Source of the DNA: Eledone cirrhosa
Lineage: Eukaryota
Direction: 5' to 3'
NCBI GenBank assembly: GCA_964016885.1
Contig: OZ024757.1
Location: 18,910,001 to 18,974,000, forward strand
DNA: 64,000 bases
The translations under genes and the position numbers were made by a program. The number at the start of each line of letters is the position of its first letter. Within the stretch, counting starts at the first letter, position 1. This document shows, in pieces, positions 55,886 to 64,000 of this stretch. The notes under the pieces were generated by a model. That model did no database searches. It saw nothing but the letters and a program-made list of their open reading frames with translations, and was not told the origin of the DNA.

Positions 55886-56022
55886 ATATAAGATCAAAAG
55901 ATGGTTAAAAGAGTTCCATCTTTTGATCTTATATTATTTATACTCCAGTCCTACAAACTGTAGAGCGCTACTTATCCGATATTTGCATTGCTTTATTGTG
56001 CTACAATAAAACTCACCTCCTA
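55883..56022 (+). mobile_element. Short fold-back PLE-like tail fragment
   Basis: Hairpin 55883-55937; ATGGAACTCT..TAACCATCTTTT shared with 22934-22957 and 44466-44490. Confidence 0.55.
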
Positions 56023-56783
56023 CATATATATATAGATATATATATAAGCACTGTCTGAAACAGACAGCAGCTGTGTATATTTTCAAAGGGTTACTGTACT
56101 CTGTGCTCTACCTTTCATTTCCAGCCAATTTAAAACGTTCTCATTGCTAGAACCATTTGGCTAATATCAGATATTTTGGAGTTAAAACCACCACCACCAC
56201 CACTACCATCACCACTACCATCATCAGCACCACCATCATCACCACTACCACCACCACCACCATCATCACCACCACCACCATCATCACCACTACCACCACC
56301 ATCATCACCACTACCACCACCACCATCATCACCACTACCACCACCACTACCACCATCATCATCACTACCACCACCACCACCACCACCATCATCACCACTA
56401 CCACCACCATCATCACCACTACCACCACCACCACCACCATCATCACCACTACCACCACCATCATCACCACTACCACCACCACCATCATCACCACTACCAC
56501 CACCACCAGCACCATCATCACCACTACCACCACCACCAGCACCATCATCACCACTACCACCACCACCACCACCACCATCAACAACTACCACCACCATCAC
56601 TATCACCACCATCAGCACCATTACCACCATCAGCACCATCACCACCACCAGCACCATTACCACCACCACCATCATCACCACTACCACCACCATTATCACT
56701 TCCACTACAACCATCACTCTCTGGTGTCCGTACCTGGGAGCTATTAGCATCACATTTATTGGTAATAATGGTACCTTTAAATA

Positions 56784-56878
<95 letters not shown>

Positions 56879-57093
56879 CCATGTTCATTTACCCAAGACG
56901 TTTTCCTTGGCTCTCTCTCTTTCTCTCCAGGTAGAAAAAAGTTAATAGCAATGCATTATGGGTAAACACCACCAGTCTACTAAAACTACTTACAGACTAA
57001 TTACACACTAATTTCCATATCCTGAAATTAACTGTAAAATAAATAAGGAAGGGTGTTTGTTTTTACCTTCGTTTTTAAAATTACTTTGCATCT

Positions 57094-57147
<54 letters not shown>

Positions 57148-57150
<3 letters not shown>

Positions 57151-57224
57151 GGTGTTCCCAAAAAGTGTATACACACTTCAACAACATTGTAATAATTATA
57201 TGTATACATTTTTGAGACACCCTG
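57148..57224. mobile_element. Tc1/mariner-type MITE
   Basis: TA-CAGGGTGT..ACACCCTG-TA; homolog of 49177-49276. Confidence 0.8.
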
Positions 57225-57250
57225 TATGTATATATATATATAAATATCAT

Positions 57251-57282
<32 letters not shown>

Positions 57283-57291
57283 GTAGATATA

Positions 57292-57333
<42 letters not shown>

Positions 57334-57654
57334 GCAAAGTAATTTTTAAAAATGAAGTCATATCTATATATATATATATACACACACACATATATATACA
57401 TGTGTATGTATGTATGTATGTACATGTGTATCTATGTAGATGTATATGAATATGTGCATATATATACATGTGTATGTATGTATATATGTCCATCTCACTA
57501 TCACATACTTCGCACATATCACACCATCATACCAGCTCTATACTAAATCCTCGCCCACATTTCATAGCTCTACACTAAATTTAAGCCTACATTTCGCAGT
57601 GCACCACTGCATCTCATCCCACATTTCACAGCACTGTTAAAACTCAGATCTCCC

Positions 57655-57910
57655 AGCTTAACACCAAGCATCAGCCCACATTTCACAGCTTAACACCAAG
57701 CCTCAGCCCACATTTCACAGCTTAACACCAAGCCTCAGCCCACATTTCACAGCTTAACACCAAGCCTCAGCCCACATTTCACAGCTTAACACCAAGCCTC
57801 AGCCCACATTTCACAGCTTAACACCGAGCCTCAGCCCACATTTCACAGCTTAACACCGAGCCTCAGCCCACATTTCACAGCTTAACACCGAGCCTCAGCC
57901 CACATTTCAC
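57655..57910. repeat. 32-bp minisatellite, ~8 copies
   Basis: TTAACACCAAGCCTCAGCCCACATTTCACAGC. Confidence 0.93.
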
Positions 57911-58869
57911 GGGACTGTATTAAGTTAAAACTCACATTTCACAGCCAAATGAAAGACATATATATAAACACTCATACACAGATATAAATATACATACATG
58001 TACACACACATAAACAGAACTAAATAAACACATATACACACACATAAACACATATAAATACATATAAACACATATACACACATATAAACACATATAAACA
58101 CGCATATAAATACATATACACACATATAAACACATATACACACATACACAAATATATATACAATCATATAAATGCACATACATACTCATATAAAAATATA
58201 TATACATATGTAAATATATGCACACTCATATATACATATGTACACATACATAAATATATACACCCCCATATAAAACACATATATACACATACATAAATAT
58301 AAACGCACTCATATAAAACACATATATACACATAAATAAATATATACACCCTCAGATAAACATATACACACATACACAAATATATACACATATACACACA
58401 CCCTCACATAAATATATACACACATACACAAATATATACACATATACACAAATATATACACCCTCACACAAACATATACACACATACACAAATATATACA
58501 CATATACACAAATATATACACCCTCACATAAACATATACACACATACACAAATATATACACACATACACAAATATATATTTATATACACAAATATATACA
58601 CCCTCATATAAACATATACACGCATACACAAATATGTACACACATACACACGCCCTCAGATAAACAAATATGTATATACACATTCATACAAACTGACATA
58701 CACACAATTTCTTGAAATGTTTTTTTTTTCTAACTAATTAGGTCTGATGGTGGTATTTTTTAATTAATTATTGAAATAATTAAATTTATTTGTAATCGAA
58801 ATTAAATATAATCTTCCAGGAAATGAAAGAAAATGAAAAACATTTAAAATAGAATGTTTAAATGACTCG

Positions 58870-59930
58870 GGGAGACTGTCTCACTTTAGTAGGACGAGGG
58901 TGCAGTGTCTCAGTTTAGTAGGAATGAGGTATAGTGTCTCACTTTTGTAGGACTGAGATATAGTGTCTCACTTTAGTAGAACTGGGGTATAGTGTCTCAC
59001 TTTAGTAGGACTGGGGTATAGTGTCTCACTTTAGTAGGACTGGGGTATAGTGTCTCACTTTAGTAGAACTGGGGTACAGTGTCTCACTTTAGTAGGACTG
59101 AGGTACAGTGTCTCAGTTTAGTAGGACTGAGGTATAGTGTCTCAATTTAGTAGGACTGAGGTACAGTGTCTCAGTTTAGTAGGACTGACGTATAGTGTCT
59201 CACTTTAGTAGGACTGGGGTACAGTGTCTCAGTTTAGTAGGACTGATGTATAGTGTCTCACTTTAGTAGGACTGGGGGTTAGTGTCTCACTTTAGTATGA
59301 CTGGGGTATAGTGTCTCACTTTAGTAGGAATGAGGTACAGTGTCTCACTTTAGTAGGACTGAAGTACAGTGTCTCAGTTAAGTAGTAGGACTAAGGTAGA
59401 GTGTCTCAGTTTAGTAGAACTTGAGGAGACTGTCCCAGTTTAGTAGGACTGGGGTGCAGTGTCTCAGTTTAGTAGGAATGGGGTACAGTGTCTCAGTTTA
59501 GTAGTAGGACTGGGGTACAGTGTCTTACTTTAGTAGAACTGGAGTACAGTATCTCAGTTTAGTAGGACTGGGGTACAGTGTCTCAGTTTAGTAGGACTGA
59601 TGTATAGTGTCTCACTTTAGTAAGACTGGGGGTTAGTGTCTCACTTTAGTATGACTGGAGTATAGTTTCTCACTTTAGTATGAATGAGGTACAGTGTCTC
59701 ACTTTAGTAGGACTGAAGTACAGTGTCTCAGTTTAGTAGTAGGACTAAGGTAGAGTGTCTCAGTTTAGTAGAACTGGAGGAAACTGTCCCAGTTTAGTAG
59801 GACTGGGGTGCAGTGTCTCAGTTTAGTAGGACTGGGCTACAATGTCCTGGTTTAATAGGAGAACTGGGGTATTTTGTCCCAGTTTAGTAAGCCTGGGTTA
59901 CAGTGTCCCAGTTTAGTAGGAGAACTAGGG
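58870..59930. repeat. ~29-bp minisatellite, ~35 copies
   Basis: AGTGTCTCACTTTAGTAGGACTGGGGTAT. Confidence 0.93.
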
Positions 59931-60264
59931 AACAGGCGAGTGACATTAGGAAATGTGTGTGACCCTCACCTCTACCCACCCTGCCAGCCCAAACAAGAGA
60001 CCAGTAGCTCAGATTAAGTACTCGGATTGGGACCTGTTTTTGATGGACCCATCAAAACCTTTGCTGGCAGCTGGGGTGGGAGAAAATGGACATTAAACGA
60101 TGATGATGATGACGGTTATGATAATGATGACGATGATGGTGATGGTGACAATGATGGTGATGATGGTGATGATTATGATGATGATGTTCTTAGTTAAGAA
60201 TCTCTGTTGATGTAGTCTAACGAAAAAACAAAAAAAATAGCCAGCATTTGTAGTCCTACCCCTC

Positions 60265-60978
60265 ATCCACACCTCACCCTCACCTCACACCACCGCCACC
60301 GTCATTCCTACCCTCACCTCACACCACCCCCACCGTCACTCCTACCCTCACCTCACACCACATCCACCGTCACTCCTACCCTCACCTCACACCACCCCCA
60401 CCGCCACTCCTACCCTCACCTCACACCACCCCTACCGTCACTCCTACCCTCACCTCACACCACCCCCACCACCATTCCTACCCTCACCTCACACCACCCC
60501 ACCGTCACTCATAGCCTCACCTCACACCACCCCACCGTCACTCATAGCCTCACCTCACACCACCCCCACCATCATTCCTACCCTCACCTCACACCACCCC
60601 CACCGTCACTCCTACCCTCACCTCACACCACCCCCACCACCACTCCTACCCTCACCTCCACCACCCCCACCATCATTCCTACCCTCACCTCACACCACCC
60701 CCACCGTCACTCCTACCCTCACCTCACACCACCCCCACCGTCACTCCTACCCTCACCCCACACCACCCCCACCGTCACCCCTACCCTCATCTCACACCAC
60801 CCCCACCGTCACTCCTACCCCCACCTCACACCACCCCCACCGCCACTCCTACCCTCACCTCCACCACCCCACCATCATTCCTACCCTCACCTCACACCAC
60901 CCCCACCGTCACTCCTACCCTCACCTCACACCACCCCCACCATCACCCCTACCCTCACCTCACACCACCCCCACCGTC
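60265..60978. repeat. ~34-bp C-rich minisatellite, ~21 copies
   Basis: CCTACCCTCACCTCACACCACCCCCACCGTCACT. Confidence 0.93.
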
Positions 60979-61127
60979 ATGGCTAAATTCCAAACTTCCA
61001 TCTCATCTAAAGTAATTTTCTTCCTCATTAGTTGTTCTCTAGAAGTCTTTCACAACCAATTTGATGCCTCTTTCTACACCACAACTACACCCCCGCCCTT
61101 GGAGCGAGTGATGATCACACATACACA

Positions 61128-61178
<51 letters not shown>

Positions 61179-61187
61179 TTATATATG

Positions 61188-61226
<39 letters not shown>

Positions 61227-61316
61227 ATATATATATGCCCATACACAGACATATTTATATATCTATATATATGTGTGTGTGTATATATATATATATATAT
61301 ACATACACACACACAC

Positions 61317-61365
<49 letters not shown>

Positions 61366-61488
61366 CACATATATAGATATAGATATAGATATATATATAT
61401 ACACAAACATATATATGTATACATAGACATGCACGCTAACAAATATAAATTTGTACACACTCACTTATATATATATATATATTTATAA

Positions 61489-61678
61489 AATAGGAACAAG
61501 TAAGACCCCGACGGCAGAGCTCAAGCCGTTTTGACGGCTATTTCTGGACTATTTCAGTCCAGAAATAGCCGTGGAAACGTCGGGGTCTTACTTGTTCCTA
61601 TTACCCACTCTACTACCCTAAGTATTGAGTACTTTGGTGCATTATGGTCCATCTGGTTCCTTACCACATTACCTTCAT

Positions 61679-61680
<2 letters not shown>
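61489..61680 (+). mobile_element. PLE-like fold-back (61489-61602) of an HHR 3' half, with extension
   Basis: TAGGAACAAGTAAGACCCCGACG..CGTCGGGGTCTTACTTGTTCCTA; GAAACGTC on the plus arm; homologous to 7596-7732. Confidence 0.7.
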
Positions 61681-61718
<38 letters not shown>

Positions 61719-63329
61719 AATGTGGATGTGTATATATATAAATGTGTGTGAGTGTATATATATATATATACACACTCACACACACTATTCCTTTCTTTTT
61801 TCATGTACTCTGTTCATTCAGTTCAAATGAACATCACCATCACCAGCATCAATACCACCACCATCAACACCACCACCACCATCATACCATCAACACCACC
61901 ACCACCATCATCACCCAACACCACCACCACCATCATCACCACCACCACCACCATCATCACCCAACACCACCACCACCATCATCATCACCACCACCATCAT
62001 CATCACCACCACCACCATCATCACCACCACCACCATCATCATCACCACCATCATCACCACCATCATCACCACCACCACCACCATCACCACCAATACCATC
62101 AACACCTCCACCATCACCACCACCACCAATACCATCAACACCTTCACCACCACGATCACCACCACCACCAATACCATCAACACCTCCACCACCACCATCA
62201 CCACCACCACCAATACCATCAACACCTCCACCACCATCATCACCACCAATACCATCAACACCACCACCACCATCATCACCACCACCAATACCATCAACAC
62301 CACCACTACCATCATCACCACCACCAATACCATCAACACCACCACCACCACCATCACCACCACCACCAATACCATCAACACCTCCACCACCACCATCACC
62401 ACCACCACCAATACCATCAACACCTCCACCACCATCATCACCACCACCAATACCATCAACACCTCCACCATCACCACCACCACCAATACCATCAACACCA
62501 CCACTACCATCATCACCACCACCAATACCATCAACACCTCCACCACCACCAATACCACCAATACCATCAACACCACCACCACCATCTTCACCACCACCAA
62601 TACCACCATCATCACCACCACCAATACCATCAACACCACCACCAATACCACCACCACCTCCACCACCATCACCACCACCACCAATACCATCAACACCACC
62701 ACCACCATCTTCACCACCACCACCACCATCTTCACCACCACCAATACCACCATCATCACCACCACCAATACCATCAACACCACCACCAATACCACCACCA
62801 CCTCCACCACCATCACCACCACCACCAATACCATCAACACCACCACCACCATCTTCACCACCACCAATACCATCTTCACCACCACCAATACCACCATCAT
62901 CACCACCACCAATACCATCAACACCACCACCAATACCATCACCACCTCCACCACCACCACCACCACCAATACCATCACCACCTCCACCACCATCATCACC
63001 ACCACCAATACCACCACCACCACCACCACCATCACCACCACCACCAATACCATCACCACCACCACCAATACCATCACCACCTCCACCACCACCACCAATA
63101 CCATCACCACCTCTACCACCATCACCACCACCAATACCATCAACACCTCCACCACCACCACCAATACCATCACCACCTCCACCACCACCACCACCACCAA
63201 TACCATCACCACCTCCACTACTATCTATTAGTCACTTCTGGATACCATCAAATAAACCATTCAACTATTGCATACTGCTGACTACTTATTTATACACACA
63301 CACACACATGTATATATATACATACACAC

Positions 63330-63374
<45 letters not shown>

Positions 63375-63625
63375 TGTATATATATATATAAAACTGTATA
63401 TATATATATATAAAACTGTATATATATATGAATATATATGTAAATATATGTATATATACATATTATGCATACATATATATACACATATATAACTGTATAT
63501 ATATATATATATACACATATATATAACTATATAACTATATATATATATATACACATTTATATATATATATAGAGAGAGAGAGAAATACAGTTTTATATAT
63601 ATATATATAAAACTGTATATATGTG

Positions 63626-63682
<57 letters not shown>

Positions 63683-63926
63683 GTACTCAGACTAATAAAC
63701 ATATATTCGTTCCTTTTTCTCTCTCTCTCTCTTTCTCTTCATTCATCCTCTCATTCACTTTTTCTTTCTCTCTCTCTCTCACATATATACACTCTCAAAT
63801 GCATATACATACATATTTACACATATATATATACATACATACTCGTGTATGCATATACACACAGATGCATATACATACACACACATATATATATATACAT
63901 ATATACACACACATATATATATATAT

Positions 63927-63964
<38 letters not shown>

Positions 63965-64000
63965 ACATACTCTCACACACATATATATATATATATATAT

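Noticed and set aside
61742-63391. 549-aa Pro-rich and 509-aa His-rich ORFs
   Set aside because: Degenerate (CCA)n repeat, open in several frames and on both strands; no domain or splice support.

Overview
Eukaryotic, extremely repeat-rich, AT-rich window, probably intronic or intergenic. The SINE/LINE repertoire suggests a cephalopod such as octopus (inference). Nearly all ORFs in the track are translations of (TA)n/(TG)n/(CA)n/(CCA)n/(CTA)n microsatellites and are not genes. Real coding remnants are retroelement-derived: RTE-clade LINE fragments (one with a PHD-like Cys insert), a CR1-group LINE (ORF1 end, APE endonuclease, RT start), a CR1-group 3' end, and a Penelope-like element (PLE) GIY-YIG endonuclease that the ORF track misses. 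Two tRNA-derived SINE families (CORE-like and Meta-domain-like), piggyBac-, Tc1/mariner- and hAT-type MITEs, and many minisatellites are present; several minisatellites are visibly amplified pieces of TEs. The main hidden structure is about 11 type-I hammerhead ribozyme (HHR) motifs from at least 6 sequence families. They sit in short PLE pseudo-LTR remnants, mostly inside (TA)n tracts, and many are fold-back palindromes with an asymmetric tail; three fold back at or next to the CUGAnGA core. Two candidate host exons (40096-40155, 43087-43145) could not be assigned to a gene. All calls were made by eye, with no database searches.
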